Shown: positions 25,101 to 34,656 of the stretch, one piece after another
Position numbering within the stretch: position 1 is the stretch's first letter
Layout: every line of letters starts with the position of its first letter
From: Mycobacteriales bacterium
Lineage (GTDB): Bacteria; Actinomycetota; Actinomycetes; BP-191
Assembly: GCA_046262915.1 (NCBI GenBank)
Contig: JBHELW010000319.1
Coordinates: 1 to 41,932, forward strand
Direction: 5' to 3'
DNA: 41,932 bases
Notes under the pieces: generated by a model
What the model was told of the DNA's origin: nothing
Database searches by the model: none
The model's input: only the letters and a program-made list of their open reading frames with translations
Position numbers and translations under genes: made by a program

Positions 25101-25645
25101 GCGCGACGCTGGCCACGACGGGGATGGCGATCTCGACCGACGGCGCGCCCTGGGCGGCGACATGGCAGGCCGCGCGCGTGGCCACCGACCAGGTCGCCTA
25201 CGGTGAGCTCGGCAACCGGCTCACGATGTCGGTCGCGTTCACCGAGTTCGATGGCGCGACGATCGCCGGTCTGCCGGTCACGCTGCCGTTCGACTTCGTG
25301 AGCGAGACCGGGCTCGTCGAGGTCCGCGACCACCTCGCGTGGGATCCGGACGGCGAGCGTTGGGTGGAGGACCTCGACAACATCGGCGTCCTGGTCGCCG
25401 GCACGGTGACGGTCGCCGAGCTCGAGGCGGCGATCGCCGCTGACACCACCCTGGCGACGCTCGCGATCGCCGACAGCTCGCCCGCCAAGGTACTCGCGGC
25501 CGGCGACGCCGCGGCCGGCCAGTTCGCCGGCGGGACGTTCGGCGCGCCCACCGGCGAGGCGCTGAAGCTCACCGGCCTCGGCCTCGAAGTAGGGATCGCC
25601 GCCCCCGGCCTCACCCGGCGGCTACCAGGGAGCCAGCACGCATGA
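22160..25645 (+). CDS. Large (1161 aa) tail/host-recognition structural protein
   Basis: GTG overlapping the upstream TAG. Long, beta-rich sequence. The central third has clearly lower GC. Confidence 0.6.
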   Translation: MPPSGLNWTSLVLRFDGSLESKVDARALAPPSLALAQDVQFEEIGALGTRPPFGEVMGGGAIFGGGALSNCRKLATVNGELCVFTDTGFYSWNAQLSSWVLRGTHLAVSVDETPRLATTGDQIDGDRAELAGTVVVAWVENNQVYAGAIDKVTGSVLVSPTAVSTAIGRPRLVALATKILLFVEASTTLLTVRAIDPASPGGGISGAGTTVLATNYSLHYDVVRAGTQDLVVGACRRVPTTSYQVFTVTPGLVVTSSTKARVSSGAIAVSAVPDGTQTQIVRVDNAANILGDLITTSTLADVFTGQPIGTADFAPFQIAAAHRSVQNGGAYRCYVFWSYVITTFSSPRTRSNWVDTSNSLGTQGLFKEVLSIASRAFEYAGSVYLWLAFGESTAFTGSGGGGFPNIQLQNTYFLYRDDGTLANAKSVFDHGGGTAPTAGRLPAVSLTAGSTTYSWCATERRKFVSGGAGHVDFAARSPVDVIFAFDSNEARRSAQLGATLYLSGGELIAYDGVRLVEVGFHVYPWTFVAADAATGSVASGTYTYKVTWRYQNATGESERSTTATTGIVVVSSGRVTFAFTQPLTPTHKLTVPPAVEMWRTQVAPGADAPFFLVSSNDPASLTNPNRYLPNDPTSAALPTFNDDLADASIEGNETNPENETILEFLAPPAARIIVPTETRLLLAGIAGDPDAWRYSRERGDGEIVSFHDELRVEVPPTGGSITALWADDQFVYVARQTALYAFAGPGKANDDSGQNFSLVRTISRDVGVVSQEAHAAAGSLGRLLKTAKGWYLLTGGELRYVGGAVSAFDSDTVLAVHTITAKHQVRILTSSRMLLWDYRGLIASTNQDPGRWGVWSISDGLDAVMWNGTYVYLTASGPKQESTTFTGVTYGLDVATSHIKPADLFGAVAVRKVQPLGEYRGGHLLRLRMYYNFDDSAAVDDVVWSPSPTVVGGPLQFSHGPRRRNCQSFKIRLTAVTDQARATLATTGMAISTDGAPWAATWQAARVATDQVAYGELGNRLTMSVAFTEFDGATIAGLPVTLPFDFVSETGLVEVRDHLAWDPDGERWVEDLDNIGVLVAGTVTVAELEAAIAADTTLATLAIADSSPAKVLAAGDAAAGQFAGGTFGAPTGEALKLTGLGLEVGIAAPGLTRRLPGSQHA

Positions 25646-26805
25646 CCACCACCTTCTCCAGCCTGCCCGCCGACAAGATCGACTCCGCTGGCGGATCGTC
25701 TCCCGTCGCGGTCAACCCGAAGCGGAAGTGGTCACCGAACGACGCGAACGCGGTGCTCCAGCTGTTGCGCCAGCTCTCGGCCTACCTGGCTAGCGGAACG
25801 CTCGACGCGGCCACCACGCACACGATCGCCGACCTCGACGTCGTGAGCAGCGCGAGCCCGTCGGTCGGCCCGGAGATCGACCTCGCGGGCAACCGCGGGC
25901 GATGGTTCCTCGGGATCGACGTGGCCAACGCGCAGACGTCGCGCGACCTCGTGTTGGTCGGCCAGCGCGGCACGTACTCGTTCGGCGACGGCGTGACGAC
26001 TAGCGGCTCGCCAACGCTCACCAGCGCGAGTGGCGGCGGGTTCACGTCGTCGCTCGTGGGCGCGTCGATCGGCGGCGCTGGCATCCCGAACGGGACGACG
26101 GTCTCGGCCGTCGGTGGCACCACGAGCCTCACGCTGTCGGCGAACGCTACGGCGACCGCGTCGAGCGTGGCGGTGACGGTGACTCGCGGCACCGCGAGCG
26201 ACCTCTTCTACGTGAAGCACCGGGGCGCCCTCGCCCCGACATTCGGTATCGGCGTCACGCCCCCGGACGGCACGGCGCGCCTGCAGGTGTCGCCGGACGA
26301 CAGCGAGCCAGCAATGGGCGGGATCGCGCTGCGCATCGGACCGTCGCAGACCGGCAAGGCGTGGAGGGTCTTCACCTCCGACGGCACCGATCGGCTGTGG
26401 GTCGACGCCGGCGGCTACGTTAGCGGGCTTCACTCGACCGGCGGCGCCCTGGTGGTGCAGGCCACGGCGGCAACGCCGGGACCGACCGATGCCCGGGCGT
26501 TGGTCATGACCGACAACGCGAAGTCGAACTTCTACGGATTCACGTTCCAGGGCGGGAACGAGTGCACGTTCCGCTGCATCAGCGGAGGGGCCGACAGCTT
26601 CAAGATCGGCACGAATGGCCTGCTCACCGCGCAGGTCGCGCTCAGAGGAACCGGCGCGCGCGCCGCGGCGCCAAGCACCGGCACGCACGTCGCCGGCGAG
26701 ATCGTGTTCAACGCCGACCCCGTCGCCAGCGGGAAGATTGGATGGGTGTGCGTGACAGGCGGGACGCCCGGAACGTGGAAGGCGTGGGGGGCGATCGACG
26801 CGTGA
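25642..26805 (+). CDS. Tail fibre / tailspike protein
   Basis: ATGA overlap. Gly/Thr/Ser-rich beta repeats. The C-terminal GEIVFNADPVASGKIGWVCVTGGTPGTWKAWG motif is common at fibre C-termini. Confidence 0.6.
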   Translation: MTTTFSSLPADKIDSAGGSSPVAVNPKRKWSPNDANAVLQLLRQLSAYLASGTLDAATTHTIADLDVVSSASPSVGPEIDLAGNRGRWFLGIDVANAQTSRDLVLVGQRGTYSFGDGVTTSGSPTLTSASGGGFTSSLVGASIGGAGIPNGTTVSAVGGTTSLTLSANATATASSVAVTVTRGTASDLFYVKHRGALAPTFGIGVTPPDGTARLQVSPDDSEPAMGGIALRIGPSQTGKAWRVFTSDGTDRLWVDAGGYVSGLHSTGGALVVQATAATPGPTDARALVMTDNAKSNFYGFTFQGGNECTFRCISGGADSFKIGTNGLLTAQVALRGTGARAAAPSTGTHVAGEIVFNADPVASGKIGWVCVTGGTPGTWKAWGAIDA

Positions 26806-26867
26806 CCAACCACCGAAAGCACCACTACGCAACCGCGCGCGACGCGCACAGCCAGGAGACATAGACC

Positions 26868-28142
26868 ATGGGCTTCGACTTCGGCGACGTGTGGAATCCG
26901 CTCGAGCAGATCAAGGACCTCTGGAACGGAGGTTCCAGCGCGCTCGGGAACACCGGGGGCGGCACCGGCACATACGCGAACGTCCGTGGTCCGGACGGCA
27001 GACCGGTTCAGATGGTGACGCCGTACGGCAAGCTGCTCTCCCAGCAGACCGGATTGGCAGCGCCGGTGGACGTCGCCGATCCCACGCGCCAGGCGCTGCT
27101 TGCGCAGCAAGGCGGGCTCGCGGGCCAGTTCGCCGACCAGGCGCAGACCGGGTACAACGCGTATGGCCAGCAAGCGCAGGGCGCACTGGCTGCGCTGCAG
27201 CGCCAGGCGTCGGGACAGGACTCCGTTTCGGCGATGCAGCTGCGCCAGGCGCTCGGCCAGCAGCTCGCGCAGCAGCGCTCGTTCGCCGCTGGCGCCTCGC
27301 CGCGCAACGCCGCCGGCGCCGCGCGCACCGCGGCGATCCAGATGGGGCGTGCATCGACCGCGGCGGCCGGTCAACAGGCGGTTGCCGGACAGGCTGAGCG
27401 CAACGCGGCGAATCAGCAGTACGGCCAGCTGGTCGGGCAGCTCCGCGGCCAGGATCTCAGCGCGGCGACGCAATCGCGGCAGAACGCGCTGGGCGGTTAC
27501 GGGGCCCCGAATACGGGTGTCGCGCAGCCGTCGTGGATTCAGCAGTACGGCCCGGCGATCGCGGGCGGTGCCGCGGCGGCGGCTTCCGATCGCCGGCTGA
27601 AAACGGACCTCGGGCCCGGCGACGACAAGGCAAATGCCGCGATCGACGCGCTCCGGCCGTACGCCTACCGGTACAAAGACCCGCAGCAGTACGGCACCGG
27701 GCCGCAGCTCGGCACCACGACGCAGGACCTCTCTCGCGCCGGGCTCGGCCAGGCCGTGGTCAAGACGCCCGCCGGCGAGATGGTCGACCCGGGCAAGCTC
27801 AGCGGCGCGAACACCGCCATGATCGCGGCGCTCGGTCGTCGCGTCGCCGAGCTCGAGGGGCAGAGCCCAGCCGAGCGGTACGACAAGAGCCCGCTCGGGC
27901 AGAGGCAGGAGCGAATGGATCTGGTGCGGGAGGGCGATCCGCGAGCCTACGCCGCGCAGCAGGCGCTCGATCACCGACGTTCACTCCTGCAGGAAGTCGA
28001 TCTGCGCCGAGCCGGCGCGTACCCTGGTGGCTTCCGGCCGCTGCCCAGCGACGAGTACTGGCAGACCCCCGGGCAGCGGCACGCCGCGGCCCTCGCGGCC
28101 CTCAGGCGCGCGGGTGCGCTGGTGGACAACGGGGGGGAGTAG
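26868..28142 (+). CDS. Fibre-like protein with peptidase S74 intramolecular chaperone domain
   Basis: SDRRLKTDL autocleavage-type motif, followed by ALRPYAYRYKD...GTTTQDL...MIAALGRRVAELE. Gln/Ala-rich N-terminal half. RBS GGAGAC. Confidence 0.65.
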   Translation: MGFDFGDVWNPLEQIKDLWNGGSSALGNTGGGTGTYANVRGPDGRPVQMVTPYGKLLSQQTGLAAPVDVADPTRQALLAQQGGLAGQFADQAQTGYNAYGQQAQGALAALQRQASGQDSVSAMQLRQALGQQLAQQRSFAAGASPRNAAGAARTAAIQMGRASTAAAGQQAVAGQAERNAANQQYGQLVGQLRGQDLSAATQSRQNALGGYGAPNTGVAQPSWIQQYGPAIAGGAAAAASDRRLKTDLGPGDDKANAAIDALRPYAYRYKDPQQYGTGPQLGTTTQDLSRAGLGQAVVKTPAGEMVDPGKLSGANTAMIAALGRRVAELEGQSPAERYDKSPLGQRQERMDLVREGDPRAYAAQQALDHRRSLLQEVDLRRAGAYPGGFRPLPSDEYWQTPGQRHAAALAALRRAGALVDNGGE

Positions 28143-30458
28143 ATGCCCGATCCGACCTACGACGACGCGACCGGCGGGTTGTCGCTGGACGCGTTCGACC
28201 TCGGGCCGGACCTCGGCTCGCTGTCCTACCCGTGGGACCCGCCGCCGCCCGCGCCGGCGGAGACGCCGGCCGCTGCGCCGCCGCCCCCCGACGCGACCCC
28301 GCCGCAGCTCGAGCCCACCCAGCCAGGGCTCGGCATCCCGGTGAGCACGCTGGACGCGTTCGTGCCGCCGGCGCCGAGCTCGAGCGAGCCCCCGCCGTTG
28401 CCGGCCGAGGTGACCGCGGCGCCGGCGGATCCTGGCAGCTGGACGCCGGAATCCGCAGCGCCGTCGGGTGCACCGGCGATCGACAGCACCTACGGCTACT
28501 ACACCGGCGCAGCACAGGGCTCGACGCTCACGCCCGAGCAGCAGTGGCAGGAGGCCGAGCGGCGGTACCAGCAGGTTGCCGGCGAGTACCAGCGCAACCC
28601 CGGCAAGCTGCTCGACCGGCTGCTCACCGCCGGGCCGGACGCCCCTATCGACGCCGACACGCAGCGTTACCTCAACGAGTTCAAGAAGCGCGACCCCGAG
28701 GGCGAGGCGGAGCTCGAAACGCGCATGGGCGACGCGCAGCTCAAGTACATGGCGGCCAAGCGGCAGGAGATCGAGAACGCGAACCACGATCGCCAGATCG
28801 AGAACGCCCAGTTCCGCGACAAAACGCGCGCGGAGATCCGGCAGAAGTCGGAGGCGATCGACGCGGAGGCGCAGAGAATCGCCGACACCAAGATTGGCTA
28901 CCACCCGACGACCCTCCAGCGGATCGCCGGGGTGATCGCTGCGGTCGTCGGTGGCCTATACCAGGGCCGCACCGGCAGCGCGCGCAACCCCGGCCTCGAC
29001 GCGCTGAACGAGGTCATCAACCGCGACCTCCAGGAGCAGCACTTTAACCTCGTGAACCGGCGCGACGTTCTAGGGATGCGCAAGAGCGTGCTTGCCGAGC
29101 AGTATGCGCGCACCGGCGATATGTACGAGGCGGCCGAGGTGAAACGCCTCGCCGACCTGAAGCACGCCGACGAGCTCCTGGCACAGGAACAGCTCAAATT
29201 CGCCCCTGACGGAATGCGCGCGCTGCGGATCGCAGGGATCCGAACCGGGATCGCGGGACAGATCGCCGCCAACAAGCAGGCGCGCGACCAGAAGTTATTC
29301 GACAACTCGATGAAGCTGCAGAACGCCTCGCGTGAACAGCAGCTCGCGGACGAGACCGCGCGCCACAATCGAGTGGGCGAAGGCATCGAGTACGGCAAGC
29401 TCCAGCTCGAGAAGGACAAAGAGTCCGGCAAGGACGGCCCGACGTTCACGCCGGAGCAGTGGGCGATGATCCACCCGGACAACCCGGTGCCGCCCGTCGC
29501 GTACAACAGCAAGGAGTACAAGGCATTCCTCGATCAGCGCAAGACCGGCGGCGAGATCGCGAATCAGGCGCCCGTCACCCAGCGCGGCGTCCCAGGCGTC
29601 ACGGTGCCCGATCCCAAGACGGGCAAGGACACGACGTTCATCGCGACCGGCGAGCCGAGCGAGGTCGCGAAGCTGCGCACAAAGAAGGCAGCCTCGGTCA
29701 CGATCGTGCATCTGCTCGACAATGCACTCCGCATTCGAGACGGCTACTCGAACAACAACGTCGCGGACCGCGCGCAGTGGCAACAGTTGCAGCAGATCTG
29801 GGGCGCCGCGAAGGCCAAGGGTAAAGACTCACTCGGTCTCGGAGCACTTTCGGCCGATGACTACAAGCTCCTCGACGGCTACCTCGGCACATCCGATCCC
29901 ACCTCGTTCCGCGATCCCACCAAGGGCATTGAGCAGGCGCGGCGCACCGTGCTGCTCGATCTGAATGACAGCCTGCACGCCTCAGGCTTTCCCGAGGATC
30001 GTCACTTCGACGTGCCCGACACGAGCAAGCCGGCCAAGCCAAGGGACACTGTCAATGATCGGATGCTCAAGATGCTCCTCGACGATCCTGAGAATGTCGC
30101 CAAGTCGCAATACGACCCAACAGGCGCCCCCCGTCCGGCGCGGGGTGACAGCGAACCGTTCCCCGAACAGAAGACGCGCTTCCGTGGCGACACGGCGAAT
30201 CAGCGGCCGGACTATCACGGCCACGGCATTCTGCTGCAGAGGCAGGGACTCGACGAAGTGGCCTCCCGCGCGCGAGATCCGAACGCCCCCGATCACGATG
30301 AGGCCATCACCATGATCGCCGACGTGGCCGCTCGCGAGGGCGGCGGGCGGGGCGCGGTGACCGCCGAGGTGCGCGATTATGCGCGACAGCTCCTGTACGG
30401 GCCCGACGGCATCATCGCAGCCGGAATCAACGCCATCCCGTCGGCCGGAGGGCAGTGA
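28143..30458 (+). CDS. Large internal-virion/ejection-type protein (771 aa)
   Basis: Pro-rich N-terminus and long charged helical body. Called from position and size. Confidence 0.5.
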   Translation: MPDPTYDDATGGLSLDAFDLGPDLGSLSYPWDPPPPAPAETPAAAPPPPDATPPQLEPTQPGLGIPVSTLDAFVPPAPSSSEPPPLPAEVTAAPADPGSWTPESAAPSGAPAIDSTYGYYTGAAQGSTLTPEQQWQEAERRYQQVAGEYQRNPGKLLDRLLTAGPDAPIDADTQRYLNEFKKRDPEGEAELETRMGDAQLKYMAAKRQEIENANHDRQIENAQFRDKTRAEIRQKSEAIDAEAQRIADTKIGYHPTTLQRIAGVIAAVVGGLYQGRTGSARNPGLDALNEVINRDLQEQHFNLVNRRDVLGMRKSVLAEQYARTGDMYEAAEVKRLADLKHADELLAQEQLKFAPDGMRALRIAGIRTGIAGQIAANKQARDQKLFDNSMKLQNASREQQLADETARHNRVGEGIEYGKLQLEKDKESGKDGPTFTPEQWAMIHPDNPVPPVAYNSKEYKAFLDQRKTGGEIANQAPVTQRGVPGVTVPDPKTGKDTTFIATGEPSEVAKLRTKKAASVTIVHLLDNALRIRDGYSNNNVADRAQWQQLQQIWGAAKAKGKDSLGLGALSADDYKLLDGYLGTSDPTSFRDPTKGIEQARRTVLLDLNDSLHASGFPEDRHFDVPDTSKPAKPRDTVNDRMLKMLLDDPENVAKSQYDPTGAPRPARGDSEPFPEQKTRFRGDTANQRPDYHGHGILLQRQGLDEVASRARDPNAPDHDEAITMIADVAAREGGGRGAVTAEVRDYARQLLYGPDGIIAAGINAIPSAGGQ

Positions 30459-32827
30459 TGCCGGACCCCGCGCCACCGCTCCTTCCGACCCCGCAGTCGT
30501 TGACGATGATCGACCCGGCGACCGGCCGGGCCGCGGACGTGCCGCTCGATCAGGTCAGCGCGTACCAGGACCAGGGCTTCACGCCCGAGACGCCCGACCA
30601 GCACTCGACGCGGCTGTCGGCGGAGACGGCCGAGGGCCTATACGGCGGCGCGCGCGGGAAGGTCGCGGCGGGCCTGGCCGGCGTGGTTCGTGGGGCGACG
30701 CTCGGCGGCAGCGATCTCGTGGGCCGGCTGACCGGCGGTGAGGATGCCGCGATCGCGCTGCGCGGCTACCAGGAGCAGAACCCGGGCGTGTCGTTCGGCT
30801 CCGAGCTCGCCGGGATGATCCTGCCGACGCTCCTGACCGGCGGCGCCGCCGCGCCCGCGGGCCTGGCCAGCCGGCTCGGTGCCGGGGTGGCCGAGCGCGC
30901 GGGCGGCGGCTTGGTCGGCGCGCTCGCCGGCGGCGCCGCGGAGGGCGCGATCTTCGGTGCCGGCCAGGGCGTCTCCGAGCTCGCCCTCTCGCAGGATCCG
31001 CTGACCCTCGAGCACGCCGCGGCCGCGATCAGCAGCAACGCGCTCTACGGCGCGGCCGGCGGCGCGATAGGCACCGGCGTGTTCAAGGGCGTCGAGGCCG
31101 GACTCGGCGCGGCCAAGCGCGCGCTCGACCGCACGCTCGCCGAGCGGGCCGCCGACCGAGCTGCCAAGGAGGCGGCGAGCAAGATCTCCGAGATCGGACC
31201 CGAGACCGACGTGAGCCTCCTGGACCGCCGCGGCCTGAAGGTCGCCCGGGACCAGGAGATCGAGGCGGTCTCGGCGGCGCAGGAGCCGGAGCGCAAGGCG
31301 TTCGTCGACGAGCTTCGGGCGTCGCGCGATGCGGCCGAGGCGGAGAAGACGTGGATCGCTACCCAGGGCGGCAGAACGCGCGAGGTGCGCTCGATCGGTC
31401 GAGCGACGCTCGACGCCGACAGGCGGATCGATTCGCTACTCAAGGTGGAGGCCGACCTGGTCGACAAGCCACAGCGCGCGCTGTCGGCGCTGCGCCAGCA
31501 GGAGCAGGCACTGGGCAAGCTCAGCGAGTGGGGCGAGCGCGAGACGCAGCGCTACCTCGACGAGGTCGCTGGCGCGCGGGGCACGATCCGGACCGAGCTG
31601 CTCGACAACAAGGTCGACGGCTTCCGGTTCGGCAAGGGCGGCATCTCGCGTGAATCGCCGGTGATCGACGACATCGTCGAGCGCCTGTTCCAGGAGAAGT
31701 ACCCGCACCCCGATCGCCTGCCGACCAACCTCCAGGTCCTGAACGCGGTCCCGGGCGCGCTCGAGCGGAACCGGGCGCTGCAGGACAAGCTGGCCAAGCT
31801 CGCCGAGGCCCCGACCTCGCCGCGGCTGTCGGCGATCGACGCGGCCGAGGATGCGCTCGGCATCAAGCGTGAGGCGCCGAGCTCGGCGCTCGGCGACGTC
31901 CTCAAGGTCGCGGCGAGCGCGGTCCCGTTCGGGGGTATGGCGGAGAAGGCCGCCGGCGCTCTGTCCGGGCTGCGCAAGGCGGTCGGCGAGGGAGCGGAAC
32001 GGCTCGGCCGGGCGACCTCGACGTTCCTGGGCAAGGCCGGCCCCGCGGCCGGCAAGGCGGCCAAGCTGGCGCCGCCGGTCGCCACCGAGGTCCTGTCGAA
32101 GCTGCGCTACGGCGAGTCGACCACCGACGACCGTGGCAAGCGCAAGCCCGAGCCCAAGACGCTCGCTGAGCTGTACAAGGCGCGGACCGGCGAGATCCAG
32201 GCCCAGGTCGAGCTCGCGCCCGACGGCACGTACAAGATGAAGCGGGCCGCGCGCGAACGGATGGCCGCGCGACTCGCGGGGCTCGGCGTGGTCGACCCGG
32301 TCGCCGCCGATCGCCTCGAGACCGCCGGCGCCCGGCGGATCGCCTGGCTCGCCTCGCAGATACCGCGGCGGCCGGACATCACGGCGGTCCAGATCGGGCC
32401 CGACACGTACACGCCGAGCGACCTCGCCATGCGCACGTGGGCGCGCAAGGCCGGCGCCGCGGACGACCCGTATGGCGTGCTCGAGCGCGCCGCGCAGGGT
32501 CGCGTGACCCCAACCGAGGTGATGACGCTGCGCGCGACCGCGCCCGAGATCCTGCAGTCGTACATCAACCAGGTCGCATCGGAGCTCTCGACCCTCGAGA
32601 AGAAGCTGCCGTACAAGCGGCGCCTGACGCTGTCGATCCTGACCGGAAAGCCGGTCGCGGCGGCGACGCATCCGCCGGTGCTGCGCGAGCTGCAGAGCAT
32701 GTACGCGCGCGAGCCAGGCACCGCCGGCGGGACACAGGAACCGACGGCCAACCCGCGGTTCGGCTCGGTGAAGCGCAGCGACCCCGGCACGCCGGCCCAG
32801 CGCCGCGCGGGGATGGGGCCGTCGTGA
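30455..32827 (+). CDS. Large internal-virion/ejection-type protein (790 aa) with Gly/Ala-rich hydrophobic segment
   Basis: GTGA/ATG overlap. GMILPTLLTGGAAAPAGLASRLGAGVAERAGGGLVGALAGGAAEGAIFGAG, then long helical regions. Confidence 0.5.
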   Translation: MMPDPAPPLLPTPQSLTMIDPATGRAADVPLDQVSAYQDQGFTPETPDQHSTRLSAETAEGLYGGARGKVAAGLAGVVRGATLGGSDLVGRLTGGEDAAIALRGYQEQNPGVSFGSELAGMILPTLLTGGAAAPAGLASRLGAGVAERAGGGLVGALAGGAAEGAIFGAGQGVSELALSQDPLTLEHAAAAISSNALYGAAGGAIGTGVFKGVEAGLGAAKRALDRTLAERAADRAAKEAASKISEIGPETDVSLLDRRGLKVARDQEIEAVSAAQEPERKAFVDELRASRDAAEAEKTWIATQGGRTREVRSIGRATLDADRRIDSLLKVEADLVDKPQRALSALRQQEQALGKLSEWGERETQRYLDEVAGARGTIRTELLDNKVDGFRFGKGGISRESPVIDDIVERLFQEKYPHPDRLPTNLQVLNAVPGALERNRALQDKLAKLAEAPTSPRLSAIDAAEDALGIKREAPSSALGDVLKVAASAVPFGGMAEKAAGALSGLRKAVGEGAERLGRATSTFLGKAGPAAGKAAKLAPPVATEVLSKLRYGESTTDDRGKRKPEPKTLAELYKARTGEIQAQVELAPDGTYKMKRAARERMAARLAGLGVVDPVAADRLETAGARRIAWLASQIPRRPDITAVQIGPDTYTPSDLAMRTWARKAGAADDPYGVLERAAQGRVTPTEVMTLRATAPEILQSYINQVASELSTLEKKLPYKRRLTLSILTGKPVAAATHPPVLRELQSMYAREPGTAGGTQEPTANPRFGSVKRSDPGTPAQRRAGMGPS

Positions 32828-33180
32828 CCGAGGCCGAGCTCGTCACGCTCATCACGGCCGGCGGCACCGCGATCGCGGCCGGCCTCCGCTGGGCCCTCCG
32901 CCTCTGGGCCACCGTGCGCCGCGAGGCGATCGCCGCGGCGGCCGCGAGCGCCGCGCAGGCCAGCGCCGATCACCGCCAGATGATCGACGCCCTGATCGCC
33001 CAGGCCCGCTCGATGGCCGAGCTCGGCGGCAAGATCGAGGCGCTCGCGGTCCGGCTCGACGCGTTCATCGAGCGTCGCGAGCGAACGCCGGTCGAGTTCG
33101 ACGACGACACCCGGCCACCGCGCCACCGCACCAACCCGCACGGCTACCGGCCACCGCGAGCCGGCGGCCGCGACGACTGA
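32824..33180 (+). CDS. Small membrane protein (lysis-module accessory, holin/spanin-like)
   Basis: GTGA overlap. N-terminal TM segment LVTLITAGGTAIAAGLRWAL followed by a coiled segment. Confidence 0.4.
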   Translation: MTEAELVTLITAGGTAIAAGLRWALRLWATVRREAIAAAAASAAQASADHRQMIDALIAQARSMAELGGKIEALAVRLDAFIERRERTPVEFDDDTRPPRHRTNPHGYRPPRAGGRDD

Positions 33181-33225
33181 TCACCAGGCAACCGGCGCCC
33201 TCGCGCGCCTCGAAAGGACCAGACC

Positions 33226-33957
33226 ATGCGACAGACCCTGATCGACCTGTTCACCTCGAAGAAATTCCTCACCGCCCTGACCGCCGTGATTGTTTACCTC
33301 GCTGGCCGGTTCGGCTTCGACGTCGACACCGCCGTGCTGGATCGCGTGTTCGCTGCGTTCCTGGTCTACATCGGCGCCCAGGGCGTGGCGGACCACGGCA
33401 AGAGCGCCGCCGAGGTGCAGTTCGCCGCGTTCCGGACGCCGTTCGGCGTGCCGACGGGGCTCATGAGCGGCGCAGCGATGCGCGACTCGGCCGGGCGCGG
33501 CGAGCCCAAGGACCTCAGCTCCAGCCCGCCGCGCGACCCCCAGGCGGGGTTCGTCGCGCTCTGGATCCCCGCTGGCCTGGTGATCGCCGGGTTCGTCGCG
33601 CTGTTCATCGCCATCGCCTGCACCGCCGCGCAGCGCACCGCCACCCCGCCCGCGGTCGTCGACTGCACCGCGGCGAGCTCGACGGCGATCGCCAGCGCCG
33701 CGGCCTCGATGCGCGCCGAGAAACCCGAAGGGTGCGCGGTTGCCGGCGTGACCGACTGGCACTGCGTCGAGAACAAGGCGATCGCGGCGGGCGTGGCGAT
33801 CGGCGGGTGCGCGTTCCTCGAGGTCGCCATGGCGGCGGACCAGGCGCCCGCGGCCGTCGCGCCGGTCGATCCCCGGCCCGGCCGCGCGGCGTTCGAGAGC
33901 TACCGGGCGAGCGTCGCCGGCGGCGCGCAGTTCCGCACCACGAGCGGGCTGCGGTGA
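33226..33957 (+). CDS. Holin-like membrane protein with extra third TM segment and Cys-containing C-terminal domain
   Basis: Two N-terminal TM helices (FLTALTAVIVYLAGRF, VFAAFLVYIGAQGVA) and a third TM (FVALWIPAGLVIAGFVALFIAIA). Directly precedes the endolysin. Confidence 0.5.
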   Translation: MRQTLIDLFTSKKFLTALTAVIVYLAGRFGFDVDTAVLDRVFAAFLVYIGAQGVADHGKSAAEVQFAAFRTPFGVPTGLMSGAAMRDSAGRGEPKDLSSSPPRDPQAGFVALWIPAGLVIAGFVALFIAIACTAAQRTATPPAVVDCTAASSTAIASAAASMRAEKPEGCAVAGVTDWHCVENKAIAAGVAIGGCAFLEVAMAADQAPAAVAPVDPRPGRAAFESYRASVAGGAQFRTTSGLR

Positions 33958-34511
33958 CCGGCCCGCGCCCCCTCCACGACGCCGACCGGGCCGTCGCTCG
34001 CGCGCTCGCCCTGATCGGCCGCGGCACCTACGTGTTCGGCACCGGGGACATCGACAGCTCCGGCGACGACGCGCGCGACTGTTTCGGGTTCGCGTGCTGC
34101 GAGCTGTTCGGGATCCCGCGCCACCGGCCGGGCTTCAACCGCGGCAGCTGGGCGACGGTGTCGGATGCCCTCAACTGCAACAGCGCGATCGAGGATGCCG
34201 ACCACGCCGGCGAGCTGTTCGAGCGGCTGTCCACGCCGATGCCCGGCGCGCTGATCCTGTACCCGACGATCCACCTGCCCGGCCACCCGACGCCCTGGAT
34301 CGGCCACGTAAAGCTCGTGGTGGGCGTGTCGCGCTGCACCGCCTGGGATCGCGACCGGCCGGACTGGAGCCTGCTCGACACCGTGGAGTGCCGCGGGCCG
34401 AACGGCGCCCGGCCCGGCATCGTCGCGGGCAACGGCCTGGGCATGGTGACGCACGACGGGCTGTGGCCCAAGCCCGAGCACCGCACGGCGATGATCCGGG
34501 TCAAGTCGTAG
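33954..34511 (+). CDS. Endolysin, NlpC/P60 (CHAP-like) cysteine peptidase
   Basis: GTGA overlap. Catalytic-type DCFGFACC and WIGHVKLVV. Confidence 0.65.
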   Translation: MTGPRPLHDADRAVARALALIGRGTYVFGTGDIDSSGDDARDCFGFACCELFGIPRHRPGFNRGSWATVSDALNCNSAIEDADHAGELFERLSTPMPGALILYPTIHLPGHPTPWIGHVKLVVGVSRCTAWDRDRPDWSLLDTVECRGPNGARPGIVAGNGLGMVTHDGLWPKPEHRTAMIRVKS

Positions 34512-34606
34512 TCGTTACCAGCTCAACCTGCGGCACTTGCGACGGAATCGGCGGCTTGGAAATGAAAGCGCCGCGCAAGTGACCGGATCGCCGGCATCGG
34601 CCTGTC

Positions 34607-34656
34607 TTGAGGTGCTAGTGGGTAACACCGTGGGGGTTCGAGTCCCCCTTCGCGCA
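34607..34656 (+). other. 3' half of a tRNA-Leu(GAG): candidate attP core
   Basis: Anticodon loop TTGAGGT, stem GCTAG, class II variable arm TGGGTAACACCGT, T arm GGGGG-TTCGAGT-CCCCC, acceptor TTCGCGC, discriminator A. The 5' half (34573-34606) is only degenerately tRNA-like. The integrase gene is adjacent. Confidence 0.6.

Noticed and set aside
22160-26805. A diversity-generating retroelement acting on the fibre genes.
   Set aside because: No reverse transcriptase gene and no template/variable repeat pair was seen anywhere in the window.
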